From Lysobacterales bacterium (GTDB taxonomy: Bacteria > Pseudomonadota > Gammaproteobacteria > Xanthomonadales > SZUA-5), in NCBI GenBank assembly GCA_019187485.1, contig JABAQR010000020.1, positions 1,223 to 65,222 on the forward strand: a stretch of DNA of 64,000 nt, read 5' to 3'. Under the pieces are notes generated by a model. The model did not search any database, was not told where the DNA came from, and saw only the letters and a program-made list of their open reading frames with translations. The translations under genes were made by a program, and so were the position numbers. This document shows, piece by piece, positions 50,147 to 58,002 of this stretch (positions within the stretch are counted from its first letter, which is position 1; each line of letters begins with the position of its first letter).

Positions 50147-52409
50147 GATCCGCGTCGCACTGGTATTCGAACAGGAAACGGGTAGCCAGGCGTTGCGTAC
50201 CGCGCTGGCCAATGCCGGCGTCCAGGTAGTCCAGGAGCGCAAGGCCAGCCAGCTTTCCGCGGAAGATGTGCTGGATCGCGACGTCGACGTGATTGTCGTG
50301 AACCTCGATCCCGAGCTCGAAGACTTGCTGGACGAGGTCACCGAGGTGCTGGATCGTGCCAGCCAGCCGGTGATCTTCAACGATCCGGCGGCCTCCAGCG
50401 ATCTCTCGGGATGGGACCGTGCGCGCTGGCTGCGTCACCTGTCCGCCAAGCTCAAGGGCAAGACCGACGTGACACCACCGGCACCACCGGGCGCGCAGGC
50501 GATTCCGGTGCCGGTGCGTGCCCCGGAGCCCGCGTCCGTGATGCCACCCGCCGCCGCCGCGAGCGTCGCTCCCCCGGTGGCCATCGCCGTCGAGGCGGTG
50601 GCGCCGCCAGCACCGACGGAAGTCGCCGGCGAACTCAATCTCGCCGATCTCGATCTGCTGTTCGAACCCGCCGAAGCACCGCCAGTGCCGGCCGCTCCGC
50701 CCGTGGCGTTCACCGTGGGCGAGGACATCGACGATCTCGACACCCTGTTTGCCGCGTCCGCAGGCACGCTGGAACTCGAGACCGTCGAAGAACCTGTTGC
50801 AGCGTCGGCAGCGCCGCCGCCGGTCGCCGCGGAAGCGCCGGAATTCGATCTCGACGTGCTCTTCTCGGAAGCAGCTGGTGCCGATGCGGGCCCCGAAGTG
50901 CAGGCCGCGAGCGTGCAGGAGCTGAACGAGCTGGACGCCTTGTTCGCGATGTCGCCCACGACGCAAGCGGATGCTCGGCCTGCGCCGCAGACAGGACCGG
51001 ACGGTTCGCAGCTCGCGGATCTGGACGCACTGTTCGCAGTGTCGCCGGGAGCGGAGGCGGAATCGACGCCGGTCGCCGCGCCGATGCAAGAACTGGAGCT
51101 CGAAGACCTCGACGCCTTGTTCGCGGCACCACCACAGAGCGATGCGGAAGCCGTGGCGGGAACGCAGCTCGCGAGCCCGTCCGAGCTCAACGATCTGGAT
51201 GCGCTGTTTCGAGAGTTCGAGGCCGGCAAGCAGGAGGCGAGTCGATCCGCACCAGTTTCGACGCCCGCCGTTGCGCGAGCCGCACCGTCCGAAACACCGA
51301 AAGTGGAAGCGCCGAAGTTCTCTATGGACTGGGCGCTCGAGGAAATTGAAGACAAGTCGTCCAGTGCATCGTCGGCGGTCGACGTCGGCAAGCTGATCGC
51401 CGAGTCGCGGATGGATGCACCCGCCAAACCCATCGTCAAGCCCGCCCCGGCCCCGGTGCCGGCGCCTCCGGCACCCAGGCCCGCGCCGAGCGCACCGGCC
51501 AGCGACGGCTACGCGGACTTCCAGCTGGAGGAACTCGATTTCGCGTCGGATGCGCCGGCGCATTCAGCGCCCGCGACTCCAACGACAGCGGTCGAGGAAC
51601 TGGCGACCTTCGACCTCTCGGGCCTGGAACTCGTCCAGGACGATGCCGGCCCGACGGGCGCGTCGGCGCTCGCCGACAATGCCGACGCGCTCGCAATCGC
51701 CGATATCGATTTCGATTTCGATCTGGGCGGTGCGCCGCCCGCGCCGGGCGTGGGGTCGGTGCCGTCCGGGGGCGGCGGGCTCGACGATCTCGACGCCCTG
51801 TTCGAGCCCGTGGCAACCGCGAGCGTTCCGGCGCTGGCGCTCGCGGACCTCGGTCGCGTGTTCGTACTCGGTGCTTCGATCGGTGGCCCCGAGGCGATCA
51901 AGGCTTTCCTTGCGCATCTGCCGGCGAACGTGCAGGCCGCCTTCATCGTCGCCCAGCACATGGGCAGCGAGTTCCTCGAAATGATGGCCGCGCAGCTCGA
52001 TGCAGCGACGCCATTGTCGGTGCGTTTTCCCAAGGCCGGGGAACGTCTGCGTCATGGTGAGGTGGTGGTCGCACCGGCGAACGAACAGATGACACTGGAC
52101 GATCACGGCTACCTGCGCATGAGCGCGAGCGCCAGCAACTCGCCCTACAACCCATCGATCGACCAGTTGGTGCGTGATGCCGCCGATCGCTTCGGCGACC
52201 ATGCCACGTTGATTCTGTTCAGCGGCATGGGCACCGATGCGATCGAGGGCGGACGCTACCTGACTGCGCGCGGCGGTCAGGTCTGGGCACAGGATCGCGG
52301 CAGTTGCGTGATTGCGACGATGATCGACTCGGCGAAGCAGCGGGGCCTGTTGCGCTTCGAGGGCAGCCCGGCACAACTGGCCGAGCGGGTGCTGGAACTG
52401 GTCGGCTGA
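50136..52409 (+). CDS. chpB: ChpB-type protein-glutamate methylesterase with an atypical N-terminal domain and a long repeat-bearing linker (757 aa)
   Basis: The start overlaps the chpA stop by 11 nt. The C-terminal CheB catalytic domain has Ser in GASIGGP, His in AQHMG and Asp in SGMGTDA. The N-terminal ~105 aa are receiver-like in pattern but lack the acidic pocket. The central Ala/Pro/Glu-rich linker carries eight [DE]LDxLF motifs. Confidence 0.8.
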   Translation: MSTEIRVALVFEQETGSQALRTALANAGVQVVQERKASQLSAEDVLDRDVDVIVVNLDPELEDLLDEVTEVLDRASQPVIFNDPAASSDLSGWDRARWLRHLSAKLKGKTDVTPPAPPGAQAIPVPVRAPEPASVMPPAAAASVAPPVAIAVEAVAPPAPTEVAGELNLADLDLLFEPAEAPPVPAAPPVAFTVGEDIDDLDTLFAASAGTLELETVEEPVAASAAPPPVAAEAPEFDLDVLFSEAAGADAGPEVQAASVQELNELDALFAMSPTTQADARPAPQTGPDGSQLADLDALFAVSPGAEAESTPVAAPMQELELEDLDALFAAPPQSDAEAVAGTQLASPSELNDLDALFREFEAGKQEASRSAPVSTPAVARAAPSETPKVEAPKFSMDWALEEIEDKSSSASSAVDVGKLIAESRMDAPAKPIVKPAPAPVPAPPAPRPAPSAPASDGYADFQLEELDFASDAPAHSAPATPTTAVEELATFDLSGLELVQDDAGPTGASALADNADALAIADIDFDFDLGGAPPAPGVGSVPSGGGGLDDLDALFEPVATASVPALALADLGRVFVLGASIGGPEAIKAFLAHLPANVQAAFIVAQHMGSEFLEMMAAQLDAATPLSVRFPKAGERLRHGEVVVAPANEQMTLDDHGYLRMSASASNSPYNPSIDQLVRDAADRFGDHATLILFSGMGTDAIEGGRYLTARGGQVWAQDRGSCVIATMIDSAKQRGLLRFEGSPAQLAERVLELVG

Positions 52410-52440
52410 GAGCCGCGGCACGAATAGACGAAGAGACGCC

Positions 52441-52905
52441 ATGGCCGAACAAACCGAAATCCGCGGATTGATGATTCCGGTCACCAATGGCCGCGTGCTG
52501 CTGCCGAACGCAAGCGTCGCCGAGGTGATCACGCTGTCCTCGCCAGAGAAGATCCCAAACGCGCCGGAGTGGCTGATGGGCCGTATCAACTGGCGCGGCT
52601 GGAGGCTGCCCCTGTTCTCCTTCTCCCTGCTCGCCGGCATGTCTCTGGACGAAGGTTCCCGGGGAACCCGCGTGACCGTGCTCAAGGCGCTCAGCGGCCA
52701 TCCACGCCTGCCCTACATCGCGATGCTGGCGCAGGGCTTCCCGCGTCTGACGACGATTTCGACCGAGGTACTGGTGCCGTCGAACGAGTCGATGCCGACC
52801 CGTCCGGGTGTGCTGGTGAACGTGTTGGTGCGGGACGACCAGGCGGTGATTCCCGATCTTGGACAAATCGAACAACTGATCAGCGACTCACTCGCGGCCG
52901 CCTGA
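52441..52905 (+). CDS. chpC: CheW-like protein ChpC
   Basis: 154 aa with the CheW-like pattern PNAPEWLMGRINWRGWRLPLFSF...VTVLK. Its position is after chpB. Confidence 0.8.
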   Translation: MAEQTEIRGLMIPVTNGRVLLPNASVAEVITLSSPEKIPNAPEWLMGRINWRGWRLPLFSFSLLAGMSLDEGSRGTRVTVLKALSGHPRLPYIAMLAQGFPRLTTISTEVLVPSNESMPTRPGVLVNVLVRDDQAVIPDLGQIEQLISDSLAAA

Positions 52906-52913
52906 GCGCGTCG

Positions 52914-53936
52914 ATGCGGATCACCGATCCCGTGGCCCTGCGCTCGGTGCTGGCAGATTCGCCGCCGACCGCTTGGCTGGTCGCCGGCGACGAACCGTTG
53001 CTCGCACTCGAGGCGGCCGAAGAGATCCGTCGCGAGGCACGATCGCGGCACACCGGCGAGCGTCTGGTTTTCGACGTGGATTCCAGGTTCGACTGGGACC
53101 GATGGCGCATGCAGGTCCAATCCCTGGGGCTGTTCGCCAGTCGGCGTCTGATCGAACTGCGGCTTGCCGCGCCGCGTCTGACTGCCGATGGCGACACGGC
53201 AATCGCTGCCTTCCTCGCCGATCCTGGGGCCGACATCCTGCTGGTGCAGATACCCGAGTGGAGCAAGGCGCTCGAGTCGCAGTCCTGGGTGGCCGCGTTG
53301 GACCGCGTCGGCGTGCTGGTGCTGTTCAGGCCGCTGCGTCCCGATCAATTGCCCCACTGGCTGTGCGAGCGTGCGCGCCGGCTCGGCGTGACGCTCGGTG
53401 AAGACGCCGTCGCTGAACTTGCCGCGCGCGTCGAGGGCAATCTGCTCGCGGCGCAGCAGGAGCTCGCCAAGCTGGCGTTGCTTGCGCCGGGCGCGAGCAT
53501 CGATGCCGCGCAACTGCTCGACCTGATCGCCGACAGTGCGCGCTACCACGTGTTTGCGCTGTGGGACGCGGTGCTCGCGGGGGATGGCGAGCGCGTTCGC
53601 CGGGTTCTCGGCGGTCTGCGTCGCGAGGGTACGCATCCTGCTGAAATTTTCGGCTACATCGCCAACCAGGCGATCACGCTGGCCGGCGCGCAAGCCCTGC
53701 GCGAGCGCGGCGGTTCGCTGCGCGCCTACTGGCCCACGCGTGGCGTATTTGGGCCGCGCCAGCGCGTCAGCGAGCAAGCGCTCGCGCGCGGCAACTGGGT
53801 ACTTCGGCTCGCCGAGGCGCAGCGCGTGGACCTGGCGTGCAAGGGTCGCGAGAGCGGCGAGCCCTGGGTGGAGCTGGAACGCTGGCTTCAGCGCGCGACA
53901 CTGCCGTCGGCACGCGCGGCGCGCTTTGCGGCATGA
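52914..53936 (+). CDS. holA: DNA polymerase III subunit delta
   Basis: 340 aa with AWLVAGDEPLL, LFASRRLIELR and VEGNLLAAQQELAKLALL. It is followed by nadD with an ATGA overlap, the conserved holA-nadD order. Confidence 0.85.
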   Translation: MRITDPVALRSVLADSPPTAWLVAGDEPLLALEAAEEIRREARSRHTGERLVFDVDSRFDWDRWRMQVQSLGLFASRRLIELRLAAPRLTADGDTAIAAFLADPGADILLVQIPEWSKALESQSWVAALDRVGVLVLFRPLRPDQLPHWLCERARRLGVTLGEDAVAELAARVEGNLLAAQQELAKLALLAPGASIDAAQLLDLIADSARYHVFALWDAVLAGDGERVRRVLGGLRREGTHPAEIFGYIANQAITLAGAQALRERGGSLRAYWPTRGVFGPRQRVSEQALARGNWVLRLAEAQRVDLACKGRESGEPWVELERWLQRATLPSARAARFAA

Positions 53937-54580
53937 GCCCGCTGGCGCTGTTCGGCGGCACCTTCGACCCGATCCACGTCGGTCATTTGCGTGCCGCGAT
54001 CGAGGCGCGCGAGGCACTCGCTGCCGACGAGATCAGACTGCTGCCCTGCGCTCTGCCGCCGCATCGGGAGCAGCCAGAAGTCGGTGCGGAACAGCGCTTG
54101 CGCATGCTGAAGGCCGCGATCGCCGGCCAGCCCGGGCTGCGTGCCGACGAGCGCGAATTGCGCCGCAGCGGCCCGTCCTACACCTACGACACGCTGGTTT
54201 CGGTGCGCGCCGAGATCGGCGAGTCGCGCCCGCTGGTGCTGGTGCTTGGCGCCGACGCCTTCGCCGGTCTGCCGGACTGGCATCGCTGGCGGGAACTGAT
54301 CGCCCAGGCGCACCTGGCGGTGCTGACGCGACCGGACGCCCACGGACTGATCGATCCGCGCCTGGAGGAGCTGCTGGCCACCGTCGGCACCGCCGATCCC
54401 GCCGACCTGCGACGCACACCTTGCGGGCGCCTGCTGCGCCTGCAGATTCCACCATTGCCACTGTCGTCGACGCTGGTGCGCGAGCGCTTGCGTCGGGGGC
54501 GCTCGGTGCGTTTCCTGGTACCGGATGCGGTGCTTGCAATGATCGAATCGCAAGGTTGGTATGGCGTGTCCGGCTGCTGA
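53933..54580 (+). CDS. nadD: Nicotinate-nucleotide adenylyltransferase
   Basis: GGTFDPIHVGH nucleotidyltransferase motif and the LSSTLVRERL (ISSTxxR-type) motif. Confidence 0.9.
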   Translation: MSPLALFGGTFDPIHVGHLRAAIEAREALAADEIRLLPCALPPHREQPEVGAEQRLRMLKAAIAGQPGLRADERELRRSGPSYTYDTLVSVRAEIGESRPLVLVLGADAFAGLPDWHRWRELIAQAHLAVLTRPDAHGLIDPRLEELLATVGTADPADLRRTPCGRLLRLQIPPLPLSSTLVRERLRRGRSVRFLVPDAVLAMIESQGWYGVSGC

Positions 54581-54666
54581 GGCGGCGACCGCGCGCTGCG
54601 AGAATTGCGGGCTGAGCGGCGCGGCGGTCATATAATCGGGGCGCAACCGCAGGAGGCCCACTCGCA

Positions 54667-55266
54667 TTGAACACCACGCGTAGCCGCAAGACCGCAAGCA
54701 ACCGTTCCGAACCCGCAACCGCAACCACTGTGGCGTCCAGGCGAATCGGCAGCGATGGACCGGCGCCCGTCGGGGCACCGCGCCCACCTCGTAACACCGC
54801 CCTCGCCGAGTCCGCTCCCGCCAAGCCGAAGCGCAAGCTGGCGCACGCCGTGATCGAAGCGGCGCCGCTCGCCATCGGGCCGCGTCGCGCGAAGCGGAAA
54901 TCCGCTGCCGAGCCCGCCATCGACCTGCGTGTGCGCGATGCCGTGCTTGCGCGACTGGACGCCATGAAGGCGAACGATCTGAAAGTCATCGACGTGCGCG
55001 GCAAGACCAGCGTGACCGATTGTCTGGTGATCGCCAGTGGCACCTCGACGCGGCATGTCAAGTCGATGGGCGACGAGGTGGTGGTCGCGGCGAAGAAGCT
55101 CGGCATGGCGCCGCTGGGCGTCGAAGGCGAGAAAGAGGCCGAGTGGATCCTGGTCGACCTCGGCGACACCGTGGTCCATGTGATGTTGCCGCGCACGCGC
55201 GAGTTCTACGGCCTGGAGCGCCTGTGGACGCTCGCCGAGGAAGCGCGCGTCGGTGCGTCCGCCTGA
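54667..55266 (+). CDS. rsfS: Ribosomal silencing factor RsfS (Iojap family) with a long basic N-terminal extension
   Basis: Core [35 protein letters not shown]...[28 protein letters not shown]. The only strong SD (AGGAGG, 54651-56) lies 10 nt before the TTG at 54667, with TATAAT at 54631-36. Shorter in-frame alternatives are the GTGs at 54850 and 54931. Confidence 0.7.
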   Translation: MNTTRSRKTASNRSEPATATTVASRRIGSDGPAPVGAPRPPRNTALAESAPAKPKRKLAHAVIEAAPLAIGPRRAKRKSAAEPAIDLRVRDAVLARLDAMKANDLKVIDVRGKTSVTDCLVIASGTSTRHVKSMGDEVVVAAKKLGMAPLGVEGEKEAEWILVDLGDTVVHVMLPRTREFYGLERLWTLAEEARVGASA

Positions 55267-55280
55267 GCGCAGCCCATACC

Positions 55281-55769
55281 GTGCGTGCGCACGTGCTGAG
55301 TATCGCCGAGCGCGCGCCGGCCTGGGTGCGCGCGGGCTTCGACGAGTACGCCCGGCGCCTCGCACAACGTCTGCCGATTGGTCTGGTCGAACTTCCGCTG
55401 GGTCCGCGCGGCCATAATGCCGACCTGAAACGTGCGTTGGCCGACGAGGGCCGGCGAATGCAGGCATCGATTCCGCGGCAATCGCGCGTGATCGCTCTCG
55501 ACGGCCGTGGCGAGGCCTGGTCCAGCGAGGCCTTGGCGCGCCAGCTCAACGCCTGGATGCTGGAAGGCCGTGATCTGTGCTTCCTGATCGGCGGCCCGGA
55601 TGGGCTGGCGCCGCAGTGCTTGATGGCAGCGCATCAGAAATGGTCGCTGGGGCCGTTGACGCTGCCGCATGCGCTGGTGCGTATCCTGTTGGTGGAACAG
55701 ATCTACCGCGCTCTCAGCCAGTTGTCCAACCATCCCTACCATCGTGCTGCCAGACCGGACTCTGGATGA
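55281..55769 (+). CDS. rlmH: 23S rRNA (pseudouridine1915-N3)-methyltransferase
   Basis: SPOUT-family motifs FLIGGPDGL, LTLPHALVRILLVEQIYRA and NHPYHR. GTG 55281 chosen by alignment with my recollection of the E. coli RlmH N-terminus. Confidence 0.85.
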   Translation: MRAHVLSIAERAPAWVRAGFDEYARRLAQRLPIGLVELPLGPRGHNADLKRALADEGRRMQASIPRQSRVIALDGRGEAWSSEALARQLNAWMLEGRDLCFLIGGPDGLAPQCLMAAHQKWSLGPLTLPHALVRILLVEQIYRALSQLSNHPYHRAARPDSG

Positions 55770-55791
55770 GGGCACTCGTGAAGGACAGGCC

Positions 55792-56370
55792 ATGCGGTTG
55801 ATCCTGGCCTCGGCTTCGCCGCGCCGGGTGGATCTGCTGCGGCAGATCGGGATCGAGGTCGATGTGTGGCCCTGCGACCTGCCCGAGCAGCGCGCCGTGG
55901 GCGAAAGTCCGCTGGCCTACAACCAGCGCGTCGCCCGGGAAAAGGCGCGCGCCGGCTGGGAGCGCGCTGGCGCCGATCCGCGCCGCCATGCGCTCGGTGC
56001 CGACACCGAAGTGGTGCTCGATGATCGCGTCTACGGCAAGCCCGGCGATGCTGCCGGGGCGCGCGCCATGCTCGAATCCCTGTCCGGACGCACGCATATG
56101 GTGCTCAGCAGCGTCGCCGTGTACGGTGCCGACATCGACGCGGTGCTGACCTCGACGTCGACGGTGCGTTTCGCGTGCCTGGATGCCGCAACGCTCGCGG
56201 CCTACGTGGCCGGCGGCGAACCGCAAGGTCGCGCCGGGGGGTACGCGATCGGAGGATTCGCGGCCTGTTTCATCGAGCACCTCGAAGGCAGTTTCTCCGG
56301 TGTGATGGGCCTGCCTTTGCACGAAACTTCGTTGCTGCTGAAGCGCATCGGCATCGATCCGCTCGGTTGA
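55792..56370 (+). CDS. maf: Maf-like nucleoside triphosphate pyrophosphatase
   Basis: LILASASPRRVDLLRQIGI, GADTEVVLD and GRAGGYAIGG motifs. AAGGA RBS. Confidence 0.9.
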   Translation: MRLILASASPRRVDLLRQIGIEVDVWPCDLPEQRAVGESPLAYNQRVAREKARAGWERAGADPRRHALGADTEVVLDDRVYGKPGDAAGARAMLESLSGRTHMVLSSVAVYGADIDAVLTSTSTVRFACLDAATLAAYVAGGEPQGRAGGYAIGGFAACFIEHLEGSFSGVMGLPLHETSLLLKRIGIDPLG

Positions 56371-56486
56371 AGCCGACAACCGGAGTTCAGCGCGCGTGGG
56401 TTACCCTGCCGCATCCGTCCTGCGCGACCCCGGTCACGTGGCGGCATCCGCTATAAGCCAGCCATCCGCCCGACTCCGATCCCGCC

Positions 56487-57959
56487 GTGTCCGAAGAAAT
56501 CCTGATCAACGTCACTCCCCGCGAGACCCGTGTTGCGCTGGTCGAGAACGGCATGCTGCAGGAGGTCACCATCGAGCGCGCGCGGCGGCGCGGCTACGTG
56601 GGCAACATCTACAAGGGGCGCGTGTCGCGGGTGATGCCGGGCATGCAGGCGGCCTTCGTCGAGATTGGTCTTGATCGCACCGCTTTCCTGCACGCCAACG
56701 ACCTTGCGCGCATGCCGCAGGACTCGGAAGCGAGCGAAGGCCCGCCGTCGCCGGCGCCGCCGATCAGCGAGCTGGTGCGCGAGGGGCAGGAAATCGTGGT
56801 CCAGGTGGTCAAGGATCCGATCGGGTCCAAGGGCGCGCGCCTGACCACGCACCTGTCGATCCCCTCGCGCTACCTGGTGCTGTTGCCCTACGCGCGCACG
56901 CTCGGGGTTTCGGTGCGCATCGAGGATGAGGCCGAGCGCGCGCGTCTCAAGGAACTGATGCAGGCCGGCAACGGCGAGCGCAGCCAGGGCTACATCGTGC
57001 GCACCAACGCCGAGGGTGTGGGCGCCGAGCCCCTGCGCGCGGACATGGACTTCCTCGACCGCCTGTGGCTGTCGGTCGGCGAGGACATGGCGCGCACGAA
57101 AGTCGGCGAGCGGGTTTACGAGGAACTGCCGCTGTCGCTGCGCGCGCTGCGCGATTTCCTCAAGCCGCACGTCGAGAAGGTGCGCATCGATTCGCGTGAG
57201 ACCTACGATCGCGCGGTGCGCTTCACCGAAGAGTTCATCCCCGAGTACACCGAGCGTCTGGAACACTACCCTGGAGAGCGTCCGATCTTCGACCTCTACG
57301 GCGTCGAGGACGAGATCCAGCGCGCCCTGCGCAAGGAAACGCCGCTGAAGTCCGGCGGCTACCTGATCATCGACCAGACCGAGGCGATGACCACCATCGA
57401 CGTCAACACCGGCGGCTTCCTCGGCCACCGCAATCTCGAGGAAACGGTGTACAAGACCAACCTCGAGGCGGCCCAGGCGATCGCGCGACAACTGCGGCTG
57501 CGCAACCTCGGCGGCATCATCATCATCGACTTCATCGACATGATCGACGACGAGCACAAGCGCCAGGTGCTGCGCACGCTCGAGAAGTCGTTGGCGCGCG
57601 ACCACGCCAAGACCACGGTCTACGAGATGAGCCCGCTGGGACTGGTCGAGATGACCCGCAAGCGCACCACCGAGAGCCTGGAACGGCAGTTGTGCGAGCC
57701 CTGCGCCGCCTGCGCCGGTCGCGGCACGGTGAAGTCGGCGGAGACGGTGGGCTACGAGATCTTCCGCGAGATCACCCGTGCGGTGCGCCAGTTCGAGGCG
57801 CGCAGCGTGCTGGTGCTGGCGTCTCCGACGGTCGTTCAGCGCGTGCTCGACGAGGAGTCGGCGGCGCTGGTGGAACTCGAAACCTTCATCGGCAAGCCGA
57901 TCCGCTTCCAGCCGGAGGAGCAGTACTCGCCGGAGCAGTACGACGTGGTGGTGCTGTGA
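56487..57959 (+). CDS. rng: Ribonuclease G
   Basis: S1 domain NIYKGRVSRVMPGMQAAFVEIG, catalytic-region motifs IDQTEAMTTIDVNTG and GIIIIDFIDM, and a C-terminal CxxC pair. GTG start. Confidence 0.9.
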   Translation: MSEEILINVTPRETRVALVENGMLQEVTIERARRRGYVGNIYKGRVSRVMPGMQAAFVEIGLDRTAFLHANDLARMPQDSEASEGPPSPAPPISELVREGQEIVVQVVKDPIGSKGARLTTHLSIPSRYLVLLPYARTLGVSVRIEDEAERARLKELMQAGNGERSQGYIVRTNAEGVGAEPLRADMDFLDRLWLSVGEDMARTKVGERVYEELPLSLRALRDFLKPHVEKVRIDSRETYDRAVRFTEEFIPEYTERLEHYPGERPIFDLYGVEDEIQRALRKETPLKSGGYLIIDQTEAMTTIDVNTGGFLGHRNLEETVYKTNLEAAQAIARQLRLRNLGGIIIIDFIDMIDDEHKRQVLRTLEKSLARDHAKTTVYEMSPLGLVEMTRKRTTESLERQLCEPCAACAGRGTVKSAETVGYEIFREITRAVRQFEARSVLVLASPTVVQRVLDEESAALVELETFIGKPIRFQPEEQYSPEQYDVVVL

Positions 57960-58002
57960 GCCTGCGGCGGTACGCGACGCCGATCGCCGCGGGCGCGAGC
58001 GC

